From the human T2T-CHM13v2.0 reference genome, Homo sapiens, in NCBI RefSeq assembly GCF_009914755.1, contig NC_060935.1: 64,000 nt of DNA; one strand, written 5' to 3'. The notes beneath the pieces are model-generated. The model saw only the letters and a list, made by a program, of their open reading frames with translations. It was not told where the DNA came from and did not search any database. The position numbers and the translations under genes were made by a program. This document shows positions 13,263 to 31,786 of the stretch, piece by piece (the stretch's first letter is position 1; each line of letters starts with the position of its first letter).

Positions 13263-14963
13263 TTTCTTAGGGGCTCACCCAGGATAACCCAGACCTCTGT
13301 TAACACTGTAAAGTTCACCCAGCCCTCCTAATTGTTATATCAAAAAACCCCACAAAGGACAGTCCTAGTGGACCAGGGAAACAAACCCTAGAACGCCCAC
13401 AGAAAAGGCGCCAGCCCCTGAAGCCAGTTCTCTGGGTCAATCCTATCGACCCTGTCCAGGTCCCCTCTTAAACTTGCCCCACCATAGACATTTTTGTTCT
13501 AGGTGAGTGCCAGCCTCCCTGATGCCCCTACAAGAAATGCCTTGTGAATATGGCCCTATTAAGGTACAGGTTCCCTTTTCTCTACAAGACTTAAGACAAA
13601 TAAAGGGAACTCTTGGTAGATTTTCAGGCAACCCTGGCAGGTATATAAAGGCCTTCCAGGATTTAACCCAAGTATTTGAACTCTCCTGGAAGGACATTAT
13701 ATTTCTCTTAAAGCAAACCCTGACCACTGTGGAGAAACAGCCTCCCTGCAAGTTGCAGAGAAATTTGGAAATGAGCTTTGTACCTCATATAGTGCCAGAG
13801 AAGACAAGGCACCTTATTCAATTGGAAAGACGGCGATACCATTGTAGGACCCTAAATGGGACCATGATGATAACATGGGAGAATGGAGGAGGAAACACTT
13901 TCAGGTGTGCATATTGGAGGGCTTAGGAAGGACTAGAGCTAAGCCTTTCAATTACTCAAAACTGTGATTGACCAGAGATTAGATGAGAATCCCTCTGGCT
14001 TTCTGGAAAGGCTAAGAGAGGACTTGATGAAGCATACCTCTCTATCACCTGATTCAGTAGAGAGACAACTAATCCTATATGATAAAGTTATTATTCAGGC
14101 AACACCTGATATCAGGAGGAAGCTACAAAAACAGACCATAGGACCAGGTAGCACTTTAGAAAACCACCTAAATGTGATCACCTTGGTCTTTTACAACAGC
14201 GATCAGGAGGAGGCTCAGGAGAAAGAGAGGAGACATAAGAAAACGGCAGAGGCTCTAGTAGCTGCTCTACAGGCCTCCAGACCCCAGGATCGCCTAGGTG
14301 CACCTGCTAATTGCTACAAATGTGGCAAACCAGGGCACTTCTAAGAAGAATTGCCCAGGCAGCAAGAGAAGATCACCTGGACCCTGTCCAGCCTGTGGTG
14401 GGTACCACTGGAAGGCAGGCAGAACTGTCCCGAGAGGTACAGGTTGCTGGGTCCAGAGCCAGCCTCACAATGGTCCAGCAAAACTGAAAGGTCTGAGGAC
14501 TCGACTCCCCGGCTCCAACATCTCAGATTGCCATCACCATCCAGGAGCCCCAGGTGATTCTGGAGATCGAAGGGAAGAAGGTGAACTTCCTTCTCAATAC
14601 CAGTGCTGCCATTTCTGTTCTCCTCTCCTCCCTTAGGACAATCGTGATGGGCATTTCAGGAAAGCCCTTAACCTGATACTTTTCCCAATCCCTTAGTTGT
14701 AGCTGGGAAGACCTCTTGTTTACTCATGGCTTTTTAATCATGCCTGAAAGCTCTACTCCTCTGCTAGGTAGGGAAATTTTAGCTCATATGAGTACCACCA
14801 TCCTTATGGCTCTAGGACAGACTCTGTAAATCCAGAAGTTTGGACAATTCAGGGAAAAATTGGCTGAGCCACCACAGCTACATCAGTCCAAATCCATTTT
14901 AAGGACCCCACTTCATTCCCTAACAAAAGACAATATCCCCTAAAGCCAGAAGCTAGGAAGGGG
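13263..14963 (+). mobile_element. ERV1 internal region: disrupted gag, protease and start of RT (HERV9/W/HUERS-P-like)
   Basis: PLQEMP..GPIKVQVPFSLQDLRQIKGTLGRFSGNPGRYI (capsid), DENPSGFLERLRE (MHR), CYKCGKPGHF*KNC and CPACGGYHWK zinc knuckles, EGKKVNFLLNTSAAISVL (protease). Stops and frameshifts throughout. Confidence 0.9.
13268..13285 (+). other. Primer binding site, tRNA-Pro-like
   Basis: TAGGGGCTCACCCAGGAT matches 14 of 18 positions of TGGGGGCTCGTCCGGGAT, 5 nt after the LTR end. Confidence 0.7.
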
Positions 14964-21464
<6,501 letters not shown>

Positions 21465-23525
21465 TGTGATGGTTAATACTGAGTGTCGACTTGACTGGAT
21501 TGAAAGATCCAAAGTATTGATCCTGTGGGTGCCTGTGAGGGTGTTGTCAAAGGAGATTAACATTTTGAGTCAGTGGGGTGGGAAAGGCAGACCCACCCTT
21601 AATATGGGTGGGCAGCATCTAATCAACTGCCAGCCCTGCTAAACGTGAAGAGATTAGGCTGGCCTAGCCTCGCAGCCTACATCTTTATCCCATGCTGGAT
21701 GCTTCCTGCTCTCAAACACTGGACTCCAAGTTCTTCAGTTTTGGGACTCAGGCTGGCTTCCTTGCCCCTCAGCTTGCAGATGGCCTATTGTGGGACCTTG
21801 TGATCATGCGAGTTAATAAGAAAATCATATATATATATATATATATATCATATATATATTTTATATATATATATCATATATATTTTATATATATATATCA
21901 TATATATATTTTATATATATCTTATATATATGATACGTATCATATAATATATATCTTATATATATGATACGTATCATATATATCTTATATATATGATACG
22001 TATCATATATATCTTATATATATGATACGTATCATATAATATATATCTTATATATATGATACGTATCATATAATATATATCTTATATATATGATATGTAT
22101 CATATATATCTTATATATGATACGTATCATATAATATATATCTTATATATATGATACGTATCATATAATATATATCTTATATATGATACGTATCATATAT
22201 AATTATATATGATACATATTATATATAATTATATATATCATATATTATATATTTTATATTTTATATATTATATATCTTATATATGATACATATTATATAT
22301 AATATATATTATATATCATATATTATATATCATATTATATATAATATTTTATATATAATATATCATATATAATATATCATATATAACATATATTATATAT
22401 AAGATACAACACATTATATATGATATATACAACACATGTATGATATATAATATATAACACATTATATATGATATGTAATATATAACACATTATATATGAT
22501 ATGTAATATATAACACATTATATATGATATGTAATATATAACACATTATATATGATATGTAATATATAACACATTATATATGATATGTAACACATTATAT
22601 ATGATATATAACACATATATGATATATAACACATTATATGTAATATATAACATATTATATATAATATGTAACGCATTATATATTATATATAATATATAAC
22701 ATATTACATATTATATATAACATATATAACATATTATATATAACATATATAACATATTATATATAACATATATAATATATAACATATTATATATAACATA
22801 TATAATATATAACATATTATATATAACATATATAATATATAACATATTATATATAACATATATAATATATAACATATTATATATAACACATATAGCATAT
22901 AATATATAACATATCATATATAATATATAATTATATTACATATATAATTATATATTATATATGATATGTTATATATTATATATTATATATTTATTATGTA
23001 TAATTAATATATATTATATATAAATATATATTGCATTTATTATATATAATTAATATATATTATAGAAATATATATTGCATTTATGATATATAATTAATAT
23101 ATATTATATATATTAATATATATTGATAGGAATGCAGTAGGCTTCCTATCAATTTCACTTCTAGGAACACCATGATTAATTAGCCAGTGCCAGAACTCTA
23201 CATGAGTCAGACTACTCTGACTGTTGCTTTGTATTTAAATATATAATATATATTAATTGTATATAATTAATATATAATATATATCATATTATGATATATA
23301 TTATATAATATATATCTTATATATGATATATATTATATATGATATATCATTATGATATATATTAGATAATATATATCATATTATGATATATATTATATAT
23401 TATATATATCTTATATATGATACATATATAAGATATATATCATATATCTAAAATATATATGATATATATCTTATATATGATATATATATCTTATTAGTTC
23501 TGTCCCTCTAGAGAACGCTAATACA
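21465..23525 (+). mobile_element. 3' LTR of HERV-L (MLT2A), expanded by an internal AT-rich repeat
   Basis: Starts tgtgatggttaatactgagtgtcgacttgactggattgaa after a PPT-like tract and ends tattagttctgtccctctagagaacgctaataca. Confidence 0.92.
21827..23492. repeat. ~1.7 kb AT-rich compound micro/minisatellite
   Basis: (TA)n backbone with successive unit types: tatatcttatatatatgatacgtatcata, tataacacattatatatgatatgtaa, tataacatatataatatataacatattata. Confidence 0.97.
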
Positions 23526-24410
23526 GCAATTAATATTTATACTAAGTATGCTTTCTTAGTTCTCCATGCCCTTAGCACTATCTGTAAAGAGAGATGCTTC
23601 CTCACAGCCAATGGGTCTCCCATTAAACACCATCAGGAAATTGACAGGCTACTATTCTCAATCTTCTTTCCATGGGAAGTGGCAGTAATACATTGTAAAG
23701 GCCACCAAAAGGGGACAGATAAAATAGCTGAGCGAAGTAAGTTGGCAGACCAAGCTAAATTGGCAGCAAGAGTGCCCCGTATTTCTGATCCACTTGAGGT
23801 CCCCCTGATCTGGAAGGGCTCCATAAAAGAAAAACCCTCAATATTCTCCTGTGGAGACATAATGGACCACCTCTCAGGGAAAGAGCTTTCAGCTCTCAGG
23901 ATGGTGACAATCAGAGGATGGCAATAGGTAAAAATTTATTTAAAACGATCAAACAGATACTTAATGTTTATGAGGCTTGCCTTAAAAATAACTCCAACTA
24001 ACAGATTCTTCCCCCAGAACACAAAGAATAGGATGCTATTCTATTCCAAGGAAAGACTGGCAGATGGATTTCACCCATATTCCAAGGATAAGGGACATCC
24101 AGCATCTCTTCGTATGGGTAGATACCTTCAGTAAGTGGGTAGAAGTATTCCCATGCCAGACAGAGAAAGCCTCTGAGGTAATAAAAGTACTAATCAATGA
24201 GATAATTATTTGCTTTGGACTGCCTAAGTACCTCCAGAGTGATAATGGTCTCGAGCTTACTGAACCACAGGGCAATTTCCTCCCACACACAGCAAGGAAA
24301 CACCTGAGTTAAATAAAAGAGCCATCCCTGCGATATTTAATGTCACACCGATGCCCATTGCCAGGTTACCAGATATAATTTGGAGAGTCTCATGCCATCT
24401 CTGCCTTTAG
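23526..24410 (+). mobile_element. ERV1 pol resumed (RNase H and integrase fragments), truncated
   Basis: INIYT-KYAFLVLHA..LTANGSPIKH..VAVIHCKGHQKG (RNase H) and WQMDFTHIP..VWVDTFSKWVEVFPCQTEKASEVIKVL..FGLPKYLQSDNG (integrase core). The right boundary is approximate and no 3' LTR was seen. Confidence 0.85.
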
Positions 24411-25930
24411 CAACCTGGTCAAGTATCTGCTGGACTTCTAGGCCACAGAAAGATGGCCACAGAGGGGTGAAGAAATAGGCTGAGGGTTCTTGGGGAGAAA
24501 GACACAGTGAGGCAGTAGGAGGTGGGGAAGAAAAGAAGACGGACTTTCACAATGGAATTAGGCACTGGGGAGAGATCAATTTCCCCACGTCAGGGAGAAG
24601 AAAGTATAGGTGGGGAAAGGGGTGGCCAGGAGCAGAAGGAAGAGGACTCAAGATGGAAAGGGAGCCGCTGTGCCTGTGGCAATACCACTTGGAGAGGTCG
24701 TTTTCATACCTTCAAGCCTTTTCCCCTGGGGTTTTGATTGTGTGGGTGCCCCATTTCTTGTCCTCTCTGCAGATGTCCAGTGAGATTTCCTCCTTCTCGT
24801 GCTGTTCTTGTGTGGCTTTCTGGGCAGTAGGGATCTTGAATTTCCTTTCTAACACTACGCCCAGCAAGGCGGGGAGCATTCCTCTGCCCTTTCTCTTGTG
24901 CCAACCTGGAAAGGTGCAGTCTAGATTTCAGTGAGAACCCTGCCAGCTGAGCCCTGTGCATCTACTACCTTGACACAGGGTGTTTTCCCACCAGAAGCCC
25001 TGCTGTGCTCTCCTGGCCCAAGTAGGGGATTCCATGCCTTCCCTTTCATGGTCTTAGCACCAGCAGCCTAGTTTCTCCCTTCCAGAGTCTCCAGGGATGG
25101 CAAATGTAAGTGGAGACAAACCTCGTCAGGTGCCCATCCCCTAAAAGGTTAATTGTGTATACGTGGCTGTGGGTGCCTTTGTGTTTTCATTCTCTTCCGC
25201 TTTTTGTTAAATTTGGTTGTCTGTGTGGTTTTATACTTGGTCAAAAGTACTCGTCTTGGTGATGCACTATTGTATGCATGAGAGAATTGGGGGAATGCGC
25301 ATGTGGTACAAGAAAGAACCCCTGACCCCTTTCCTTCTCTGTGGTCCCCGGCATTAGATTGGGGGTTCTGGGAGAGGCAGGTGAATGTCCTAATGTGAAT
25401 TGTTCGGTTTGTAACTGGAGTGTTTTGAAGTCTTTGGTGTTGCTCTGAGAGAGGACATCGCCACCTGGTGTTCATGAGGTGTCTGTGCAGAACAATAAAT
25501 GGCAAATGAACAACCACAAAATTGTTGCTGTTGTTAACCTTCCGCCTTTTGTAGATTAGTGCACCTATTCTGTGAGGGATTTGGGTTGTCTTCCTGAGGG
25601 CAACCACAAGCCCTACCACTGGATGCGGGAAAAGTCCCTTCAGCACCCACTTAAAAAATATATCTTCCACATTGTTCTCACCCACACATTTGACCTGGTT
25701 AGACTCTTCACCTAACGGAACAGACAATATGGCTGGGAAAATAAGTAAGTGAACATGTGGGAGAAAAACCATCGTTAAAATTGTGAATGTTCATTTTTAA
25801 AGGTTCCTTCGCCTGACTACAATATGAAGTATGTTTGAATTGTTGCTTCTGCCTGTTGTTTCTCAAATAAATGTTTAATGTTAATCATCTCAAAACTGAC
25901 AAGAACACAAAAATAAAATGTAAATGCAGA
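24410..25930 (+). other. Probable duplicated 3' UTR of the gene convergent with MPEG1 (DTX4)
   Basis: Repeat-free, UTR-like sequence with AATAAA at 25865 and 25912, lying directly beyond the end of the MPEG1-like unit. The DTX4 assignment is inferred from the recalled tail-to-tail arrangement of DTX4 and MPEG1, not from an alignment. Confidence 0.5.
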
Positions 25931-28086
25931 GCCTCCTTTGTCACCCAAATCTGTGTCTATTTCTGATAGTCCATGGAATGTGGTTTTCTTGGAAGCCAGG
26001 GTTGGTCTCCCCACAGACCCTAGCCTAAGGTTACCAGTTAGGGGCCCAGGACTTGGAAGGCAGAGCCTGTGAGCTCTTCCATCAGGGATCTGACTCCGCA
26101 AAACGACTTGATGAATGCAACTGGCAAACTCCCATGTTCGGACTTCATATGCATGAGCCGTTGGACAGAGGGTTTCTTAGTACATACTTTAATGCATATT
26201 TATGTGCGATCTTGTTAGTGGGAATATAAGTTTGTGAAGAACTTCTCATTTCAATAGGCAGTTAATGCATTAAAAGTCTGGGAATTTGGGGCTGTATTTT
26301 TCCTTTCTGACTCAATAATCTTCAAAGAATTCATAGGAAAGTCAGTATTTGCAGACAAGTGGTTAACTTGGCTAAAACGTACAAAACACTCAGAACCCAC
26401 AAAACACTCAGAGGTTTAGAAGAACGTTTTAATGCTTAAGAGGCAGAGTTAAGTAAAGGGGCTATAGAAATCAGTGTCCTTGGCTGGGCAGTCAGGAGAG
26501 CAGGGCTCAAATTCTGTGACTCACTTCTCTGTATCTCAGTTGGAAATGAATGGGTATCCTGGTTCCCACCTTCCCACACGCTGTGATACTTCAGACTCCT
26601 TGGATGATCTTTTCAGCCCAAGATCTTGATTGTGAACATTAACAAAGAGAACAGTCATCCTTCATAGAAGATAAATCAGTAATGATATTTGATTCAGTGA
26701 ATAAATGTATCCTTTAAAAAACATTTTGTGGAGGAACATGACAGTGGTGGAGTAATTACAATCAGATGAGATTGGTATTAAAATTGAGTAAAGCCCCAAC
26801 TGTTGCCAGCTGACAATCATGTGTCCTGCTAACTGCCCCAGGGCTCTCAGCCTGGAACTGAAATAAATGTGTTACAAATGGTGCTGGATGCCTTTTTCAG
26901 TTCATTTGAAAACATGGATTTGATCGTGTCAGCTCCCTTTCTGTGGGGAAAAAAAGTAGGGTCCATAATTGGTGTTACCTACTCTGTTTTGGTCTTAGGG
27001 AAGAAATAATACTTAGATGTGGGCTTACTTTAACTTCTTGCCTTTTTCACACCCAGAACAATGCAAACTTATTGAAATGTGGCATGTGCGTGTGTGTGTG
27101 TGTGTGTGTGTGTGCATATAGCAGGAAGACGGGAAGGGTAAGGACCATCCTTGGAAGAGGAAGGGGTTGTACTTTGGTAACATAGAACATAAAACCATAA
27201 AATTTGGTCTATCCAAATCTACAGCTCCTTTCAATGCCCCATTTGTGATGAGCTAACAGGACGGAATCAGGTAGTTGGTTGTGGGTAAGAATTTCAGTTT
27301 CTCCTGAGCATGAGAATCTTTTTCAGTTTTTATCTGTCTTTCCTTACTCCTTGTCTACAAACTGTCCCTTCCCCATTGACCTACTAATAGAAGCTTGTAT
27401 GTTAAAATATTTTTGGAGGACTTCATGACACTAGTCAGAAGTCCAAGAGTGGTCTGGTCTAAGGAAGACTTCATGGGGAAGCTAGAAAAAAGTGGAATTG
27501 GTGCAGGCAACATCTTTCTTTTCAGATGCTGTTTAGATGACATGGAGGAGATAACACAGTCTGTCAACAGGGAGCCCTAAAAGTTAAAAAACAGTGGCCA
27601 ACCAGGACTTGTGTCTTTTCAGGGTTTTGCCAGGCTCTAGAAGCATGAAATCCAGACAACTTTAAAGGGGGTGTGGGAGAGGAGAGAGAGATGCATTTAA
27701 GCAGAAATTCTTACAGCACACACGTTGGAAACCACTGCAGACTTCAGAGTAAATGCATAGTTTCCAAATCCAAATGTTAACATTCCCCCTTCTCTGTTTT
27801 TACACAAATGCATTCAGGTGAAGAAAGTGATACATTGGGAAAGGACACCTGCTTCTTATTTTAGTCCCAGGATGGCTTTTGCTTCAAGAGTCCCAACTGT
27901 TCCCTCTCCCCAACCCCACCCTTGTCCATGTAGCAATATGAATTGCCTGGCCCAGAGACCTAAACAAGAAGTCACAAATTTCTGTGTGATTTGGTTGCAC
28001 TTGCCATTTCAACACTTAGGAAAATAGAAGTAATCAGAAATGACCATGCTGTTTGGAGATGAGAGAAACCCTTTTCAGGGAGAGAT
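25850..28086 (-). other. 3' UTR copy of the MPEG1-like pseudogene, including (TG)n at ~27085-27114
   Basis: Unique sequence downstream of the stop, with a minus-strand ATTAAA at 25873-25878 and no genomic poly(A) tail or TSD, consistent with DNA-level duplication. Confidence 0.6.
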
Positions 28087-30236
28087 TTAAGCTGGACTCT
28101 GCCCCTGCTCTTCGTCAGGATTGTCTCCAGTTGCTGCAGTGCCTGGAACCAAACTCTGCCTCTTCCAAAATGCCAAGTATCCCCTCTTCTTGAATTTCCG
28201 GGTGCCACAGATGGCCAGGGTGATGACAACAGCCAGAATGGTGGTGGCTCCCACTACGATACCAGCCGTAGCCCCTCCTGACAGACCACCACCATCCTTA
28301 TGGATGGCACTCATGGTGCTGCGCAGCTCTAATGGTTCTCCCAGCCTCCACTGGTGGGTCTGGGAATCTTTAATCTAGGATCTCGCATTCTCAGAACTGG
28401 TCACTATGACAGTGTTGGCATCAGCCTCACTCATAAGGGGTGGCTGGGTGAAAGGCGGGAGACTAGCAGGGGGAAGGAACTTTTCTGTAAAGAGCCCAGC
28501 CTTGACACAGTAGGACACTTGGCATCCATTGCTGATGAGGGCTAGGTGCTGGCTGAAGCCTCTCGGACACTTTTTCAGGGAAGGTGCCCCTAAATCTTTG
28601 GATGTGGCTGGAACCACCAGGGGTTCCCAACTGTGCAGCTGAAGAACCCACCAAAAGGGACCGCAAACCTGCTTCCCAACTCATAGTCCTGAGAAACGCA
28701 TACCTTGAGGTTTTCAAAGAGTCTCCATGGAAAGTAGCCAGTTGGGCATGACTGTGCATTTGTCATGGGGTTTATGCTCTTGCTGTTGAAGAGGCCCCTG
28801 AAAAGCAGTCCTGAGTTGTCAGGTACTTGGCTACTGGCCACACACCAAAAAGCCCTAAATTCACCCTTTGCCGCCTGGAACACATCTTCACACACGGTCT
28901 TGCAGAAGACAAGGAGGGTGCACTTCTTATGACACTCCAGATGGTTGCAACACTCCTCGCAAGTCTTGGATAGAAGGTGCACTGAGGAGCAGCCAGAGGG
29001 GCAGGAGAAATCACCAGTGAGTGGATTCTTCTGCTCCAACTTTGGGCAGAGAACAACATTTTTATTCCCTGAGAACTGGCTGCATTTCTGATAAACCCCA
29101 ACGAAAGAGAAGTTGGTCATTTTCCCTTCGCAGGAGACATCATCAGTGTTGGCCTGAAAATTGAAGTAGGGAGAATTGAGATCTGTGCAGCCAGGGTTGG
29201 TATTGAATGTGTAATAGCGTTTCACAGCTGTTTCCACTGTCTTTGACACCTTCTTCACCAGGGGGCCTGGCAAGTCAGGTAGCATGTTGGGGTTGATGAA
29301 GAAATGCAGCGGCAGGCCAGAGCGGTCGATGGCCACCAGGTGGTTGGTGATACCCTGCTGCCAGGCCTGGAGGGTGATGCCTGGGTAAAAAGGAACCCCT
29401 CCAATGCTCTGCACCCTGGAGTTGGTTTGGTTTGAGAGGTAGCTCTTGGTGAGGACATTCTCCGAGGTATGGTTTTCCTCAAATGTGAAGTTCACGGTGT
29501 TTTGGAAGGCAAGTCCAGCAGAGGCGGTCACAGCACTACGACTGCTCTGGCTGTCTTGGAAGAAGGAGGCCTTGATGTGGTCCTCCTGAATAAGAGCAGC
29601 CCCAGCGTCGACACTGGTGATGACGTGGGTGCCATAGTTGAGGACCAGGAGTTCTGCCAGGTAGGTGGCCATCCTTCTCTGGTTGTTCTCTAGACAGTCA
29701 GAGATGTCAAGGAGCTCCTTCCTAAAACCTGAGCTTAGCTCTAAAGTTGGGTTGATTTTGACTGTGTAGACGAGGTTTCTTACCTGAACTCGGGTAGTTA
29801 TAGCTTTGTCCTTCACTTGAAGTGTTTTCATTCTCTGGAACTCAGCAGAGAACTTGGCATTGACTTTGGAATAAAGACAGAGATCTGTGTTGATGTAGTA
29901 GGAGATACTTCTCTGGTAATTAACTCAAGATTCCAGGATTTCTGAGTTCATTTCCAGGTTGCTCTGTTTCTGGAGAATGGTGAAGATTTCATCAGGGATG
30001 ATATACTGTCCATCCTCAGTTGTCCTGCAGTTGGTGTAAGTCAAGTCCATCACCCATCCCATATCCACATTCCGCAGATTGTCCCAGCCCCCTCCAGATA
30101 GGACTTCCAGGATAGGCAGTTTCCAGGCATCCTTGCATTTTTGAAATCCAACTTCATCTGTCTCTCCCAAAGGCTTGCCTGATGTAACCCATGCTGCCAC
30201 TGTCCAGAAAAGGATGGCAGCCCTGAAGCTGTTCTT
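28087..30236 (-). pseudogene. MPEG1 (perforin-2, MACPF) pseudogene, full-length coding region
   Basis: Colinear with MPEG1 from the signal peptide ([10 protein letters not shown]) through [15 protein letters not shown] and the P2 domain, TM ([18 protein letters not shown]) and tail (..EQGQSPA*). Lesions: ATG>AAG at 30234-30236, TGA at 29925-29927, a frameshift near 28620, TAG at 28375-28377. Confidence 0.97.
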
Positions 30237-30700
30237 GGCTCAGACAGCCCCAGCCACACAGGAGCCTACGCAGTGGCCAGCAAGCTTCAGGCAAACTAAA
30301 TGGAGAAAAAGAAAGCAGCTGTGGATACAGTTCTCCAAAATTCAACAGTTCTCCAAAAGCTACCAGTTTCTCTTTAAGCTAATCTAATTGCAAAATAAGG
30401 AAATGAGAGTTGGTTAGAATATTAAAGTCCATCAGGACTTTGAATAATTTATGCCATGCTAAACATGCAAACACAGCCCTACATGCCTAACAGTTAACTA
30501 TCCTAATTTTCCCCCAGCCCTGACTGGTTACTCTGCTGCAGGGGTGTGCACTTAGAAAAAGTGTGACCCCACAACCTACTGCGTCCTCCACCAGAAAGTT
30601 TGTCTTTTCTTTTTTCTCACTCTCTTGGACTTGATGTTTTATATTTTCCCCGACTGCTGTTTCCTGGGACTCCAATACCAGTTTCCTTTTACTGGAAACA
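30237..30700 (-). promoter_or_regulatory. Copied MPEG1 5' UTR/proximal promoter with myeloid and IFN-type motifs
   Basis: ISRE-like AGTTTCTCTTT (30365), C/EBP-like ATTGCAAAAT (~30388), ETS core AAGGAAATGAGA (~30397), and AGTTTCCTTTT (~30680). These are motif matches only. Confidence 0.5.
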
Positions 30701-31786
30701 CAGAGGCAAATGACAACATCATCCTTACTGAAACACCCTGCCTCCACCATACCCATGCAAGCTGTAAGTCAAGGCCAACCCGGTTTCCCATTTGCCTGGG
30801 GGTGGAGGCTGTTTCCACAAAAGAAAGGAGTGAAACTCTTGGACACTTGTCCTGTGGGTTTCATTGTTATAAGCCCTAATAGTTCTGTCTTTGGGGATGA
30901 CATTATCTGGGGCAGAGCTGACAGGGCCTGAAGAGGATTCTGTTAAAATATGCTGAAAAACCCCAGTTTGCATTGTTCTAAGCATTCAGGGTGAGAGCAA
31001 GGGGCACCTATACTGACCTGTTTTCTTTCAGGTAGAAATATTTAGGACAAAACCACACTGTTATCTAGATTTTGATTTATCAATGGCAGACAGGGGTCAA
31101 GGAACATATGTGTATATCTACACACATTTATATAGCCCCTGTGTGTATGCATTTTGCATGAAGTTGGTACCTGTCATCCTGTCATACCTTTAATTTTTCA
31201 TTCCATTGCTAAGTGTGTGTATTCAGTTTAGGTGCATAAAAAAAGGTGGCTCTTCATTACTCAGTATTTTTTCTAAAAGCAACAATTCATTTGTTACATC
31301 ATTAGAAGAATATAATTTCATAAATGTCTTTTCATATGCTAATGCCAGCTCTATTAGAGCCCATAATTTAAAACAATGTTTCCAGGCCCATTGATCTGGT
31401 GCCAGGATTGATTGAGACCCAACTCTGTTAATTCTTGAGGACAGTTAAGCTGTGTCTTAGTACACTTAGTGGTAGCTGGGGAATCCAGGGGAGTTAATGA
31501 AGCTCCCAATTGCATCCTTAACATTCCCAAAATTATACCATGTACCTGATGCGGTGTGGGACTGAAAAAGTCAGGTTGCAATTCACAGGTATCACTACAC
31601 CATCGCCTGTATGCATCCTGGAAAGAAGATTCCAAGGAATTGAATTCCTCTGATGGTCATTGATGCAACTAAGAAGTGTTTTTAGAAAGAACGAGGCTAG
31701 TTGCCTAGCTTCCCAGGGTCGGCTTCACTAGTTATTATAAAAACCATGATGGTGTTCTGTAAATCCAGAAATATTGCATTCTGGGT

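Noticed and set aside
22711-22917. Periodic ORF (YNMLYIIYVI)n and CRISPR-like periodicity in the AT region
   Set aside because: A tandem minisatellite with no unique spacers or cas genes, in primate DNA.
28087-30236. Functional MPEG1 gene, or a processed retrocopy
   Set aside because: Start loss, two nonsense codons and a frameshift exclude the functional gene. The parent coding region is intronless, and there is no poly(A) tail or TSD, so DNA duplication is favoured over retroposition.
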